Assembly: GCA_965644295.1 (NCBI GenBank) | Contig: CBFFRP010000073.1 | Span: 1 to 64,000, forward strand | DNA: 64,000 nucleotides | From: Paraphysomonas bandaiensis | Taxonomy: Eukaryota; Protista; Chrysophyceae | Direction of reading: 5' to 3' | Part shown: in pieces, positions 50,709 to 64,000 of the stretch | How positions within the stretch are numbered: the stretch's first letter is position 1 | Layout: each line of letters starts with the position of its first letter | Position numbers and translations under genes: made by a program | Notes under the pieces: generated by a model | The model's database searches: none | What the model saw: the letters and a program-made list of their open reading frames with translations, nothing else | What the model was told of the DNA's origin: nothing

Positions 50709-51630
50709 TCACAAATCATCGTCTGACATATCTAAGTCGTAATCAGCATCTCTGTATCCTACATAAGCAGCGCGCCTCATTTCTTCCATAGTTGCCTTTG
50801 CCCTGGCCTCAACCTCATCATCATCAACAATTACAGAACTTTTGATGGCCCCATTAGCCGCCAGATAACGGGCCAATTTTATAGTGGGCCATTCATCCTC
50901 CTTCCCCTCAGGCATATCAGCGGCTAGCTCTTCAAATCCAATCAACTTTCCCGTGGCAACACCGTCTTCGAAAAAAACTAGAGTAGGCATGGTACGTATT
51001 CTAAGCTTGTCAACGAAAAATGGAGCCTTTTCGGCGTTAATATATATAAACTTCGATTCAATATGACGGGCTGCAAGTTTTTGTAGATGCATATCCATTA
51101 TTTTGCATCGAGGAAACTCTCTGTGGTAAAAATGGCAAATGACATGAACGCTTCCCGTCACTTCTGTCAGAAATTCATCCTGTGTTATTTCTCTGTACTG
51201 CCCATGACCTTTGCCAATATTTTCTAACTTCTGCAGTTCGGAATTTTTTATCTCTCTCAGGCGCTTTTCACGCAGCATGCGGAGCTCTGCATCCTCATCA
51301 CCGTGATTATCATCATCGTCATCTTCATTCATAGGTGCTTCTTCATTCTGTTCAGAGGCCGCAGCTGCCGCTTGGGCTCTTCGCCGTTTCTCTTGTGCTA
51401 TCCGAGCCTGCTCCTTTTTATATGCCTCCCCAGTTGGACCGTCCACAGAAGTATCATTACCACCTTGTCCCTGGGCATATTTAGCTTTCAAATCATCCAC
51501 AGCTTTACCCATTCTATTGTTGACCTAATATACCGTATAAGTGTAGAATTATAGTCATATATAACGTACTCACCTCTTGGGCTACAGCTCCTTGCATTTC
51601 GGGTGTCATAGCGGGAGATGATTTCAACAT
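50709..51630 (-). CDS. TXNDC9: Phosducin-like / thioredoxin domain protein (PhLP3/TXNDC9)
   Basis: GHGQYREI, VICHFYHREFPRCKIMDMHL, NAEKAPFFVDKLRIRTMPT, IGFEEL; short first exon 51574-51630. Confidence 0.9.
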
Positions 51631-52581
51631 CTTATCTTTTTCTGTTACTCTACCTGACAATAATGATCTACGTGTATGTTTAACCACAACTGGAACTGAG
51701 CTGCGTGAGTGATATACAGCACCAGTATATATAATGTGTATAAAAAAATTTAAACCAAAAGAAGCCTGTTTTTTTATAGTCGTTTCATCTGTAGTGTAGT
51801 ATATACTGTGTTGTAGTACAGCAGATAACAGATAGTGTACCGGTCTACAGATACGTCAAGTGGTGTAGAGGTACAGATACAGCGCAGTTTCCCACCGCCC
51901 CTCATAGTATCGAGACACCATTTATGAGCCATATATGAGTGCCGTATATACGGGATTAGGGTGACTATTGCGGTGTATCCGTCAGGTGTGACTACTGTCA
52001 TTGCTACTTTGGGTTCCCAAATTGTCGGCCTGCTACAGGGAGAAGAGGGAAGAGTGCACTTGATTAGGGTGGAAATTTTCAGATGTTTTCGGAGCAGACT
52101 GGTGAAGCTGGTGATTGGTGCCTTTAGAGGATATATACCAGTCGGGAATATCTGTAGTAGCGGTGTGGGTGATGTCGTAGTACGTGCCGTGCATCCCTGC
52201 GATCAGTAGCCTGCAGCAGGTTGCATCCAGCATAGTTCGTGAAATAGCAGTAATCAGTGATAAGCTCCGGGTACAGTAGTGATAGGAATATATTTAATGT
52301 GAAGAATATTAATACTTGGAATATACCTGGTGAAAATGAGCAAGTGAGTGACGATATTATGAATTTTGGTGGCATCGAGAACTATACTTTAATCAGTGGT
52401 GGCATAGCTCGTCGGTTTCTATATAAAATACATCTATTAGCAAGAAAATAAATTAACTCACGACTGAACATGGATAGTACTTTTGAATTCAATTATGTCA
52501 CGAAATCGTGTACGATATAGATATTAAGACTTACTAGCAATACAAGCAACTTGACATGCATTTCTCGTTGTCACTATAAAT

Positions 52582-53334
52582 CAGGGATAGGGAACAATAT
52601 ATTGCAATACTATTGTTATATAGCGTTCCATCAATAGTATTGAAGGATTTTTTAAACCGGTCCTACAATACAATTACAATATATTGTCAATGTATTGCAA
52701 TATATTAGTATGACTACTCAGTAGGTAAACACATCCGTAGATTTCATTTTTAGTATTAGTCATTAAGATCACATGACAACCAAACCAACTGTTGCTTATA
52801 GCTAATAAAAATCCACCTCGTCCTCATCCTCTGAGCCATCATCGGTGAGGTCAACATCACCATATTCATCCACAGAATTAATTGAAATATGCTAGTATCC
52901 GGCCATAACTGTCGAATAGCTTTCAGAAATAACAGCATATTAAGTAGGATGGATACTTTTGCGCAACATTGATATAATATGTTTAGCTGTGCTGAACAGA
53001 CGTTCCCATGTATTGGAAGTACATACCAGGGCCAGGCAACCGTTAATGACTCGTGGATCTGTACGTTTCTTAATTTTTTGAGCTGACTGAAGATTTTTAG
53101 TCGCATTGTCAACATCAGCTTCATTATCCTTTGTAATGTTGTAATCAATTTCTCGGTTATATATATCCATTTTGCACCCTACAGCAGTTGAGAATCTTCT
53201 CTTATATGACTATCATAATATTGATTGCAATGTATTGCAATAGTATTGTGAGCTCTTTTAACAGAAACACTATTGATGGAATATTTGACCAGTCCACTAA
53301 TCAATATATTTTACAATATTGTTCCTTATCCCTG
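52582..53334 (-). mobile_element. Non-autonomous hAT DNA transposon (internal deletion derivative)
   Basis: 19-bp TIRs CAGGGATAGGGAACAATAT / ATATTGTTCCTTATCCCTG (1 mismatch); perfect 8-bp TSD CTATAAAT at 52574-52581 and 53335-53342. Internal remnant CTSNTWERLFSTAK resembles the hAT C-terminal dimerisation motif. Confidence 0.92.
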
Positions 53335-53727
53335 CTATAAATTCAAGAAAGGTAGTTGTAGGTTGCAGTAAAAATTATCAGTACAATGCTATATGATCTG
53401 ATAGCCTTGCTTGTTGATCAAAGAAGAACATCAGTAGCACTATTAAATATTTGTTTAGGTATCGATGAGTATGAACAAAATTTTTCTTGCTTTGCTATAA
53501 TCGGTACACAGATAAAAGCACATTCGTACTATACAACTAACGAACAACAGTCCTGCTTAGCATTATGAAACATACAACTGCATAAACATCGTTAATTGAA
53601 AATACCGTTCCCAGGAAAGTATAAAAGATATGCCCATAGTCATGCACTTCATTTTACATGACTACGAGAGTAAAAAGTAATGTCAATATAGTATTTACAA
53701 TGTACACATTAGGTAGCATATATATCT

Positions 53728-55027
53728 CTATATCCTGTTCCGACCATAAGAGTGATTTCTCTTTAATCCAGATGCAAGCTGCGGCCTCGCAATGCTAGGT
53801 AGAGCTATACTACTCCGCAAGGTAGACCTGCTAAATGTTTTGTTCATCGAGGTACGGGTCGATGCTGCGGGGTGGAGCTCATTTCCTTCAAGTTTAAATG
53901 ATTCGTTTTTCCGGAGTACATACTTTGCCGGAGATATATCTCCCACTTGTGACTGTTGGTGATGATGGCGCAACATACGCTGATTAGTGTCTATCGGGGA
54001 TAGAGACAGACCTGAAGGTGGGCAAATCGTGTAATCTACTTCATTTTCATTCTAAATTAAAATGAGTACATATAGGGATTTCGGTGTTTCCAGTACCTGA
54101 GAAAATGAGGACGATGGAGTGGAGAAAGTTGACAATGACGAAGACGACGAGCAGCTAATACTCTGTGGGTCGAAATCCAAAGTTCGCAGTAGGGATGTGG
54201 GCAGAGCATCCTCCAGGGGTACCAGTAATGGAGGACGCCTAGCCGGAGGGTTCTCCTCTTGATCTTGTGCTTCATGTTCTGACAGATCCTTTGAACCACT
54301 ACTAGAGAGAGAGATACACTGAGGGTTTCTGATGACCTGATGCAGATACATAACCGTCTGCTTAGATTTCTGCATATGCTGATCGTGTAGCACCACCAAT
54401 GTATCTAGGTTCTTTCTTTTTCGGCCCTTCACATAGTTTACAACTCCAGCTGACCTACGATAGCGATTATATATTACTTTCAATCGCAAACACACACCTT
54501 CTACTACGATGCCTGCTCAGTTCATGCGCTTCCCAAGCTCTATCTATCTCAAACGATCTGAAGGCGGCATTATTTACTACGTGCTGCATCAAGACCCCTC
54601 GCCGCTGCTGCGTCAATACTGTTTCAGTGGATAATACGCTGCCACTGTCAACAAGAGCATCAAGTTTATGCAATTGGAGTTTACGAGATGATAAGTTCTG
54701 CGCAATGGCCACAAGGAACTCGTCGAATGTTATTTCACCAGAGTTGTCAATATCTGCCCCATTAAACATATTTTTAACTTCACTTTTGTTTTTCATAATG
54801 CCGGATGAGAGAACCACATTGGCTAGCTCATCAATACTAACCGTTCCGCCTTTGTCGGCATCCATTGCGTCAAACCACTTGCGGTACTTCATGAGCTGAT
54901 CATCTGTAAAGGTTCGCTTCTGCTCCTTTACATACAGCCGTTGAGCCAGTGCCTCTTCGCGAGACATGTTAACGGCAGATAGAGACGGCATACGCTCAAG
55001 CGGGTTGCGTTTGATCTGCGGGGTCAT
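53728..55027 (-). CDS. EF-hand calcium-binding protein with a disordered C-terminus (3 exons)
   Basis: DADKGGTVSIDE and DIDNSGEITFDE loops; introns 54455-54497 and ~54013-54096. Confidence 0.8.
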
Positions 55028-55740
55028 GGAGGCAAAGGGGTCGAGTATAAGAAGTGTAGAGGTATCTAGATGTGGAATTATCTATCGAATAGAGGCAATC
55101 TACTCGTAGCCAGTTGATGCACTAATTGCTCCCACTCCCACTTATTTACATCCCTGTTATATCTAAAGATACATGTGTATGGTATGTCGATATATCACTA
55201 ATCAGAGCTACAATTAATATATATAAGTACTCTATATACCAATTGCGCATATAGAATAACAGATATAAAGTGTGGACAATAACATACATACCATACATAC
55301 GTGTGATATGGTATCATACTTACGAAGTCGCATCCACACTACGACTGCGTATATTCAACTCATGCGCACCCAATAAGTGAAACACGTCCCAAATTACCAA
55401 CTTACTTCAAACAGAAATATGAGATCCAATGATATGACGTGATTATAAGTAATCAACTAATGATTGGATATTCGATTTATTTGACCATTCATACCGATTA
55501 GTTTACCATTGCGGGGGTATGATTGGACATTACCAATAATCTCCCCAATATGGGACGCGTCGAGAACAAATGTGGTGATTTTCATGGCGGTGGCTTCTTC
55601 TGCCGTATTATATACAGTATATATATAGCAGTGTGTACCTGTCGCTCTGTATATTTAACACCACAGGAGATCAAACCATTTAGTCCACCACTTACAATTT
55701 AAGTTATCAAGTTTCCCTTTGAAGGAATAACCTATTCGTC

Positions 55741-56088
55741 ATGTTGAGAATGATGGAAAGTGGATCCCATGTTACCCGTATCAACTCTGTTCGACGAGTA
55801 TACAGGGTGCCCCGCGTATCGCTTTGTTCCACTCCGGACCCTAATGTACACCCCCATGCACATTCAATAGTTCGCCAGGCTATACGTAACAAAAATCCGG
55901 CACTTTACGGTAATAAAAAGGTCTTGACAAATCAAGAAAAGTTAAGGATAGCTGCTGTGGATATTGTCTCACCCGCTGAAGCAGAAGCAGACAGGAAAGA
56001 GATATTAGCTCACAAGGTATACGGTATGGTAGGTTTATTTTGTTCACTTGTTGGATTGGGATTGGGGATAAATATATTTTTAAGTTAG
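55741..56088 (+). CDS. Small hypothetical protein with a C-terminal transmembrane helix
   Basis: 115-aa ORF with coding-like composition, ending VYGMVGLFCSLVGLGLGINIFLS. Confidence 0.6.
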   Translation: MLRMMESGSHVTRINSVRRVYRVPRVSLCSTPDPNVHPHAHSIVRQAIRNKNPALYGNKKVLTNQEKLRIAAVDIVSPAEAEADRKEILAHKVYGMVGLFCSLVGLGLGINIFLS

Positions 56089-56598
56089 ATGGTTTGAGTG
56101 CAATGATGGAAAAGTCTCTTGTTCTATTAGCAGAACTGCAAATGCATGCATGTGGTGTAAATAATCACTAAAATTTAACAACTAAAAGTCATCTTAATAT
56201 TTCTCTGTATACTATTGAGAATTCGTTGCAGTTGGACTTTTCCCATGGTTTATTCAGGATTTAGAACCGCTCATAGTAGTGAAAGTGCATCAACGAATAG
56301 GAGTAACTAGTTCATATCATTACCGGATAAAAAGTTGATTATGATTATTGACTTTTAATTCTATTTGGCACTATCAGAAACTTTAAAATCAACTGCAATA
56401 ATAACTATATAAGTATACGATACCACTTTGTGGACGTGTTTCAAAGGTCACAATAAATAGTTTCAAGAGTACACGCATATAGCGTTGTTGAAATTATTTT
56501 ACGACGTAATATAGTACAAGATACATAGCTCACTGATTTCAGCAATGAACTTACATATGAACACATTGCGTTCTTTCGATACCAATAGACTGTTTGCT

Positions 56599-58273
56599 CT
56601 AATAGTCACCGTCATCTCCAGTATCCCACGGTTCTGCATCAACCACAGCACTAACTGCCAGCGGGATGACCAGTTCATTGTATTTTCTAATTGTCATACG
56701 ATGAATCCCAAGTCTTCCGGAGGACTCTGATGTACCCATTTCGTCTTGTACGAGACTATGTTTCTCCATGCTCAATAGAGTTCCAACGCTACTCCTTACA
56801 GAGCTCATGACAGATGAAACTTTTGGATGTGGACTCAATGTTTCTTCTATTTCATCTGAACACAAGCATATATTTACAGTACTCACACATTGAATACGCA
56901 ATACTACCTTCAAATAAGCTAGTGTCCACCACTGCATCATACATCTCCTCGGTTATTTCAGGGGGCATCGAGTTCGCCCGATCGTTTTCAGTTAAGTAAT
57001 GGAACAGCTCATCCCCAGGAGTAATTGGAGTGGCGTTTTTCTCCTGTCTTGTTAAATCAACCTCGTCAAATGATCCATAGCCTCTCAGCATTCGCTGGCG
57101 AGCAAGCATGGGCTTGTCAATATTCCCTGTAGAGCCAGTGTCTATCTGGCTAAAGAGCATTTTAATGTTATTCAGATCGTCAAGAGTGATTCTCTGCAGT
57201 CGCAACAGCTCTAAAATGGTGAACTCTCCCAAACTTATGAGCTCGTCGTCGCCATAGAGGTTGGCGGCATAGTTATACTCTTTCTCGGTTAGTGGAGTAG
57301 AGAGAACAGACATTTCATGTTCTCTAACTGTCCGCTCGACCATAAGGCTTGCGAATTGACCCAAAAGTACTGTGAAAAGAGGGTATCCGATGATGACGTA
57401 TATAAGTAACGCTATCTCTCGCATAATGCCAATATCGCACGTAGAATCTGTTCCACCCTCACAATCGGGCCCTGCATCGATTGCACAACAATTACGAGTA
57501 CAAGTTGAAATTTTGGAGAAAGAGTGTTAAATACCTACGAAGCATGCCCCTGCGATGGTGCTGAGCGCAAAGAAAAGGGCAGATCCCGCACTCTTTCCCT
57601 CTACAAATATGCAATATACGGTACCCACTAGCATCCACACGACAACCGCAGCGAAGATTTTGTACTTGGTCTTGTGGTCTTCCCAATGTATGGCATGTGC
57701 CAGTCTTTCACTCCAAAAGTACCAGTAGTCCCAGAAACCTACATACCCATCACCGTCTATATCCACTGGGGTGTCGGGGTATTCCATGAGCTTCCGACGC
57801 TCCTCTGCCGCAATCTCTGGGGCTCTTGACACCAGCACTCCCACATATATCCCAATCATACCTGGTATCACACAACGGTCAAACAGCAGTTTACATTATA
57901 GACATGTAAAAAACAGACCGGCCAAGAAGAATGCACCGTATATGTAATAGAGGACCGTAAATACATCCGCAAAGTCGGTGGTATTTGCTGGAACCATAAA
58001 CAACATGCCCAAAAGAGTGTTCACCGCGTAGAACACAGATGTAGAAATTCGCCAGTGGTTGGTAACCTTATAAAATACTGTTCCAACCATAATAGACGCT
58101 ATAATCAATACGCATCCTTTGTGGTTCGATACCCATTCCTTTGCTACACTGCAAAACTTCGCAATGCGGGAAATGAGACCACCCGGCCACACGTTGGTTG
58201 TGCCCTGGGGATGGACGTTAGTTTCAATGGGCCTGTAGGACTTTAGCTCAATATCTCGAATATTGGAATCCAT
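56599..58273 (-). CDS. Two-pore (TPK/KCO-like) ion channel with EF-hands and an atypical selectivity filter
   Basis: TM-P-TM x2 pattern (MVGTVFYK...SVFYAVNT; MLVGTVYCIFVEG...ALFFALST) and a TPK-like tail ISLGEFTILELLRLQRITLDDLNNIKMLFSQIDTGSTGNI; 3 introns. Confidence 0.75.
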
Positions 58274-58783
58274 ATTCAGATTGTAATCATTGACCAAAAC
58301 TCAAGCACGTGTCATCTGTCATAATGTATTCTCTTATCATATGAATGTACCACACGCCTATGCATGCAATGCAGAGACCCTCTCAGGCCGTCTTGCACTC
58401 TAAACATATCATAGGGCGGTGTTATGTCCCTATTCCTGCTTTACACTGGACATACAGGTCATTAGTGGGGTGTTGCGGTGTAGTTATATGCATATAAGTT
58501 GCATATGATTTGTTGTGTAGACAAACTGGCAGCAGTTCACATACATATGTTCTGCTGGATGTACGATATACAGCAGTATACACCATGCACGTATACTTCG
58601 ATATACAGTACTCAGTATACAGATACAGCAGTATATGGTATACAGCCATAGTATACAGACATGTACTCCTTGATATACTCTGTCGGTGTACTCTTCCACA
58701 TATGGCACTTGGAACTGCCCATGGATTGCTTCGACTAACAACTGAAGGCCAGGTCTGCACACGGTGTATTGTTCTGGTGTAGA

Positions 58784-60573
58784 ATGAGAATAGGGTGGAT
58801 ATATGTCGCATGCTGTTGCATGCAGGTGATATCACTGCTAGAGGCATTAATAGTAGAGAATATATGCCCGATAAGAAGCCCCGCCACTGGCACCATTACA
58901 TTTCTGGAGGAAATACGTCAAGACTTGACCGATGTGCATTGGTCAATACAAGAAGGAGAACCCATGGCGTGGGATGTGGCAGTGCCCTCCTCTTCCTTGT
59001 CTTCCTGTCCTCATCCTGCTACACTGGGGCTACAAGAGTTCTCTGACTTCGGACCTCATCCTACAAGTTGGCATAAGAGTAAATATATTAGGTGTTCTGG
59101 TCATACTGATGTAACAAACCATGCACACTTTGCGTTTCTTGACACCTACGGAGCAAGACTCGTAGATAATGTGTTGGAAGTTGTAGTAGCAGATCCTGGT
59201 TTTCAAGTCAAGAGTGGGAGCACCACTTCTACACTTTCAATGTATTACGAAGCCAGCAGTTACGGCCTTGGACTGAACGATAGTGCTGGCCTTGCGCCCC
59301 CACTACATGTTAAGGCGGTATCCCCCTCAGAGATGCGAAATGTGGTTAGACGTGAGGAGCACTCCGGTGGCTGCTATTGTGATATATTACTTCCTGAGAG
59401 GGTATATATGGCCCTTGGACTTATATACTACCCACAGTATGGACATACCATATTCAATGGTCTCTCTAATCTAATGGCGACAATGTGGCGAAAGCAATTG
59501 AGAGCAGGATCTGGTGCTGGTGTTGGAGAAAATGTGGTATTTTCTCCATACCTTCGCCGTAATACGACATCATCGGCTGAAGACGTACCACACACACAGT
59601 ATATGATTCAATGGCATGACATGTATGACGAGCTGTTTGGAGCACTCGTTGATGAAATTGTACCATGGGAACGAATTTTAGACGCATCGATGAAGGGTGT
59701 GAAGGTGTGTTTCAACAGGTTGCTAGTTGGCGCCCTTCCGCATATGGACCACCTGAATGTCACAGTTCCTGATCATATGTGGGACAGGTTCAGTCGATGG
59801 CTAATATCATTTCTCTTCAAAAACGAGATCACTGGTTACCGTGGAAAGGAATTCAATCCCCGCATAGAGACTATCTCACAAGAACAATTGATGAAATTTA
59901 ACCCTTTTCAGCCACATAGTAGAGGCAAAAGTGATTGTAGCGTGACTTTTGTTGTGCGACGGATTAGATCGAATAGTGAGGAGGCTATCTTTGAACGCGA
60001 ATCCAGAGACATAGCTAACCTTGCTGCACTGGTGACAGAGGCTGAAGATATGGGGTGCTCGGTACAGACTTTATTGCTACAGCACATGAACATGAAAGAT
60101 CAGGTGCATATCCATAGCCTGGACTTTTTTACTCTCTCTTATCTTAATACCGATTTAATGTTAAAATCCAGGTAGCCCAGGTACGCTGGAACACCACACT
60201 ACTTGTTGGGGCAGATGGAACCGGTCTCCTTAATGCTGTGCACATGAATGAATGCAGCACTGTGTTGCGAGTAGAGATGTGGCGCAAGCCCGGGATTGTG
60301 GCCCGGTTGGGTCCTGCGAGATGGGTTGACTATCGACCTACACTGAGCGAGACTGTTTGGTTCAACTCCTCTCACCCAATAGCTCAGTATCTCAACTCAG
60401 TTCATCCGATGGAGAGACTTGAAACAATGTCTTTGGGAGAGTCCCCTTTTCCTGACCACGAGGTAGAGTACTTTTTGAGAGAATATCAGGCTACAACTGT
60501 AAATGTAACTGAGTTTAGAAGTGTAGTTGACTCTAGCATTAAGTATCATAGGGCATGTTCTGTACCCATGTAA
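58784..60573 (+). CDS. Glycosyltransferase family 61 (DUF563)-like protein
   Basis: Signal/anchor peptide; YGHTIFNGL, VCFNRLLVG, RDIANLAAL, MKDQ|VAQVRWNTTLLVGADGTGLLNAVHM; intron 60104-60172. Confidence 0.75.
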
Positions 60574-61375
60574 TACCTTTTTTATTGTAATTAAGCTAGT
60601 GTATAGTTGTTACTCATTTGGCGATAAAATTTATAACTGGATATGTTGATTCACGGTGTCAACCACTAGGTTATGATATATTGCAAATTGCAATGGTGTT
60701 GTAAGGTTGTGTCTATAATAATATTGCGATAATTTTTTAACCGGCCCAACAAACTACTGGAAAGTATAATTAATCAGCAACTAAAGCAATGTGTGTATAC
60801 CATATTGAGTTCAAGTCGTCAACTCACAACATTACCTGCTGCTTATGAGATTTTTAGACTGCCACCAGGACACTGTTTTAAACTGAAGGAAAGCTTCTAT
60901 GATCTTCGAAGCTCAGTACAGTCATGGTATAAAGTTGATAAGTTTATTAAGTCCTTACATTTTATATCATGTATACTTAACCCATGTTTAAAGGATCAGA
61001 GGTGAACTAGTTCTGTTAATTATATTTGTACATGATATGCTTAAATTATAATTTCGGAAATTAAGCGACGAGTGTGTTCAATACTACAGCTATGAATGAG
61101 ATTGGCCAGTTTTTGAACGTGAGAGTTATATTCTAACTACAAATTGTCTCACACTTGACCAGACAGTGTACATCAAAGAGATACTGGCGAAGTGAATGTG
61201 GAGTTTCTGGGTCTGCAGACTGATAACGAGTGGTTTGATGACTATTGTCATTTGCTAATTCAGTAGTTGCACTGATTACTCGTGTTTAGTACAAATATTA
61301 ATTAACAAACGTTTGGTATGCAGTAGTTACTATACACCATAATATTATTTTGTATTATTGGGATCTATTATTGAA

Positions 61376-62353
61376 CCTATATAGTCAATTTAGTGTAATT
61401 TCTTAGTCACACCAAAATTAGTGTAAAAACCTAGTCAAGCGGTTGAAAACCAACTAGTCATTTGATAATTCATATTTTCAGTTTACAACGGCTAGAGGTT
61501 GACTATAGGGTGTCTAGGTTGACTAGGTGCTTATACGGTATTCACCTACTAGTCAAAGTAAAATATTTTATTCAAACATGAGAGCATACTCTAGCCATTA
61601 ATTTATGAATGCAGATATTGTATACATGCAATACATCACATTTCAACGTCGCATTCCAATGAGCATTGGTCAGTTATCGTGGTCATGTCCAGTGCAGTTC
61701 CACAGCTTCCTAAAAAGGCCATGACACCGGCAAGTTCACAGTTGATGAGGGTCCTCGCTGCGTTTTGAGGCTTGATGGAGATCGGCATGTGCTTCACATC
61801 AATATCCCCTGAGGACATAATAATTAATATAATATTATGTAGAGAGCTATAAATATATTTTACATATCTTCCTTTTTTCTTCCTTGGTCTAAAAACAGGG
61901 GGATTTATGCTGTCATGGAAGCCTAAACAGTCATGGAAGTCATTCAATGGAGGGAGTAAAGGAAGATGAGCGTTAGTACTCATAGGATATATGAAGATCT
62001 CGAGATGTCCTGTAGATCATAGAGTGAGTTATGTCCACAGCTTCATGGACCCCTCTTCCCCATAACACTCACAGGGGACTCATCACTATATATATATTCT
62101 ATAAGCTATAGATAAGCTCGATAGTCATACACGAATACCTGTGTTATAAGTAGATAATATTATGAAAATATAAGGGCTTATTGTTATGTTTGAATGTTTG
62201 TTTTGAAGCTCTGTAAAAGCCACTAATATATTGTGTAGTGTGAGATGGTATCTTTTAGACAGTCACAGTGTGTAATCAATGGATATAAGAATGACTAGTT
62301 AAATACCAATATTGACTAGCAGGCTGAGTCATTTATTACTTTGATTATATAGG
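61376..62353. mobile_element. Possible degenerate TIR DNA transposon
   Basis: CCTATATAGTCAA at 61376 versus TTGATTATATAGG ending 62353; repeated subterminal CTAGTCA / TGACTAG motifs at both ends; no clean TSD. Confidence 0.35.
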
Positions 62354-63272
62354 GTTATTCCACCAAAAAGAGAATAACTAGGTTTTTTAACAAAATTTAC
62401 AAGGTGGAATAATATTTCCTTTTTTTAGCATATTGCATATTGTATTTTGTTGTTAATTAAGTTAGATTAACAATATTAATATTGGTGTTTTGTTGTAAAC
62501 AATAATACATTCAATATGTTGTTCCTTACCCTTGGTATCAGTTAGTGTATATATAGTTACAGTGTGCAATATTAGTAGATATATCGTACAGTTGCAACAT
62601 ATGTAATATATTGACTAAAAGTGTTGATTGACAGAAACATAAGGACAGCTAGCTACAGTTCAATATTCAAGACGTCATCATTACTTCTGTGTTAGAAATT
62701 GCTCGTTCTTAACTAGATCTCAGACAGAATTTGTCGTTAGACTAGATAGATTAATTGATATCGTTTACATATAATGTGACAAACAACACAATCTCATTTC
62801 GTTCCGCGCATAATATCCTACATATGCGAACCTCTCGTTACTAAACATATCTTGAGGGATCAAACTATTTTAGTTCCTCAATATCATCACAGCATTTGTA
62901 CATCACTACATTTCACTGTATTCTCGTACATTGTCTTTAAGTGACATACTGAATACACTAGTATAAAATCCATATTCTAATAATCTGCGATTTCTATATA
63001 TAAAAGTGATACATTGCTACAACACTCCTGAAGTTAACAAATGTCAGGTATATTAACATTCTGCTTGCTCACTGCGTTTGCTTTGAGTGATAGAGAGCGA
63101 AGGTAGTTGCACCTTAGCGATGAAGCACATGCAGCTTTCGTAGCGCTAAATAGGAGGATATCAGAGTGAAGCACTAGATAGCTAAATTGTTTTGCTTCAC
63201 CACACAAAATCTTAAAGCGAACATGTGATCGCTAAGCTGTTATGTTGATTTTTGTACATTTAATTTATCGTG

Positions 63273-64000
63273 TTAAATCTGGTGGTGGTGCGAAACAGCA
63301 CCACACTCAAGGAATGAACTAATCTCATCTTGCGAAAACCCAAGCACAGACTCTAATATATGACCAGTATGCTCTCCCAGGAGAGGCGGAGGAGATCGAA
63401 TGGAGCAAGGGGTACGGGAAAATTTTACAGGGGGGGCAACTACTTGTATATCTCCACACTGCGGGTGATGAACATTCTGCACCATGTTTCTTGCTTTCGC
63501 CTGGGGACAACATAGTGCTTCTTCCACGCTTCGCACAGGACCATAAGGAAAACCTAACTTGTCAAAAGAGGCATCCCAGAATCGAACGTCTTGGCGCAGT
63601 AAGATGGTTTGAAGTAGAGGTTCCAACACCTCACGGTGTTTAACCCGATTCGCGTTCGTGCTAAACTTTTCGCTGACCGCTCTGTTTTCGCCATTCCTAT
63701 TCTCAGAAAAGAGGATTTCCTGTTCATCTTGTGTTAGCACCCCGCAGGCTTGTAGTGCCTCACAAAGAGCCTTGAATTGGGCATCGTTGCCAATAGCAAC
63801 GAACATATATCCGTCTCCAGCACAAGCAAAGGTTTGGTACGGGACAATGGATGGATGTCCTGTTCCCCATCTCTTGGATGTGTCTTTGCCTGTAATTAAG
63901 TAGTTGCTAGCTACATTTACTAATGCAGAGAGTTGCGTCTCCATAAGCGAAGTCTCTACCCGTTGGCCCTTGCCCGACACCGTACGCTCTAGCAGCGCCG
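63273..64000 (-). CDS. SUGCT: CoA-transferase family III (CaiB/BaiF; succinyl-CoA:glutarate CoA-transferase-like), 5' partial
   Basis: SGKGQRVETSL, RWGTGHPSIVPYQTF, VAIGNDAQF, FSTNANRVKHR, PPPLLGEHT. Confidence 0.9.
   Translation of the reverse strand, partial: ALLERTVSGKGQRVETSLMETQLSALVNVASNYLITGKDTSKRWGTGHPSIVPYQTFACAGDGYMFVAIGNDAQFKALCEALQACGVLTQDEQEILFSENRNGENRAVSEKFSTNANRVKHREVLEPLLQTILLRQDVRFWDASFDKLGFPYGPVRSVEEALCCPQAKARNMVQNVHHPQCGDIQVVAPPVKFSRTPCSIRSPPPLLGEHTGHILESVLGFSQDEISSFLECGAVSHHHQI

Noticed and set aside
51774-52451. Short ORFs upstream of the hAT element
   Set aside because: No recognisable motifs or consistent splice model.

Overview
Eukaryotic nuclear DNA, gene-dense, with very short GT-AG introns (about 42-55 nt). 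Gene content and style suggest a stramenopile-like protist (inference only). The window opens inside an AT-rich, intron-free segment (1-~1345) that looks like the terminus of an integrated Polinton-like virus or virophage. That segment has a fibre-like coiled-coil ORF absent from the ORF track, a repeat- and hairpin-rich end and a candidate ...ACTCT terminus. About 20 host genes follow: cyclin, PTAR1, ankyrin/WW protein, Aurora kinase, a ~37-intron LRR/EF-hand gene, FAH hydrolase, pectinacetylesterase-like, BBE-like FAD oxidase, SLAC1-like channel, Trm10, TXNDC9, TPK-like channel, GT61 and a CoA-transferase III. The most unusual locus is 26274-31085: an F-box fused to ~51 near-identical 87-bp (29-aa) ankyrin-like modules with a constant half and a swappable variable half. 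It is built from higher-order duplications, interrupted by the same 14-nt frameshift three times and the same TAG twice, preceded by a ~690-bp (TACA)/(TACC) array and followed by a decayed paralogue. Also present: a non-autonomous hAT element with an 8-bp TSD, an intron-containing tRNA-His-derived pseudogene or SINE with a dispersed 3' tail, and a MITE. All calls are from reading the sequence by eye, and exon boundaries are manual.
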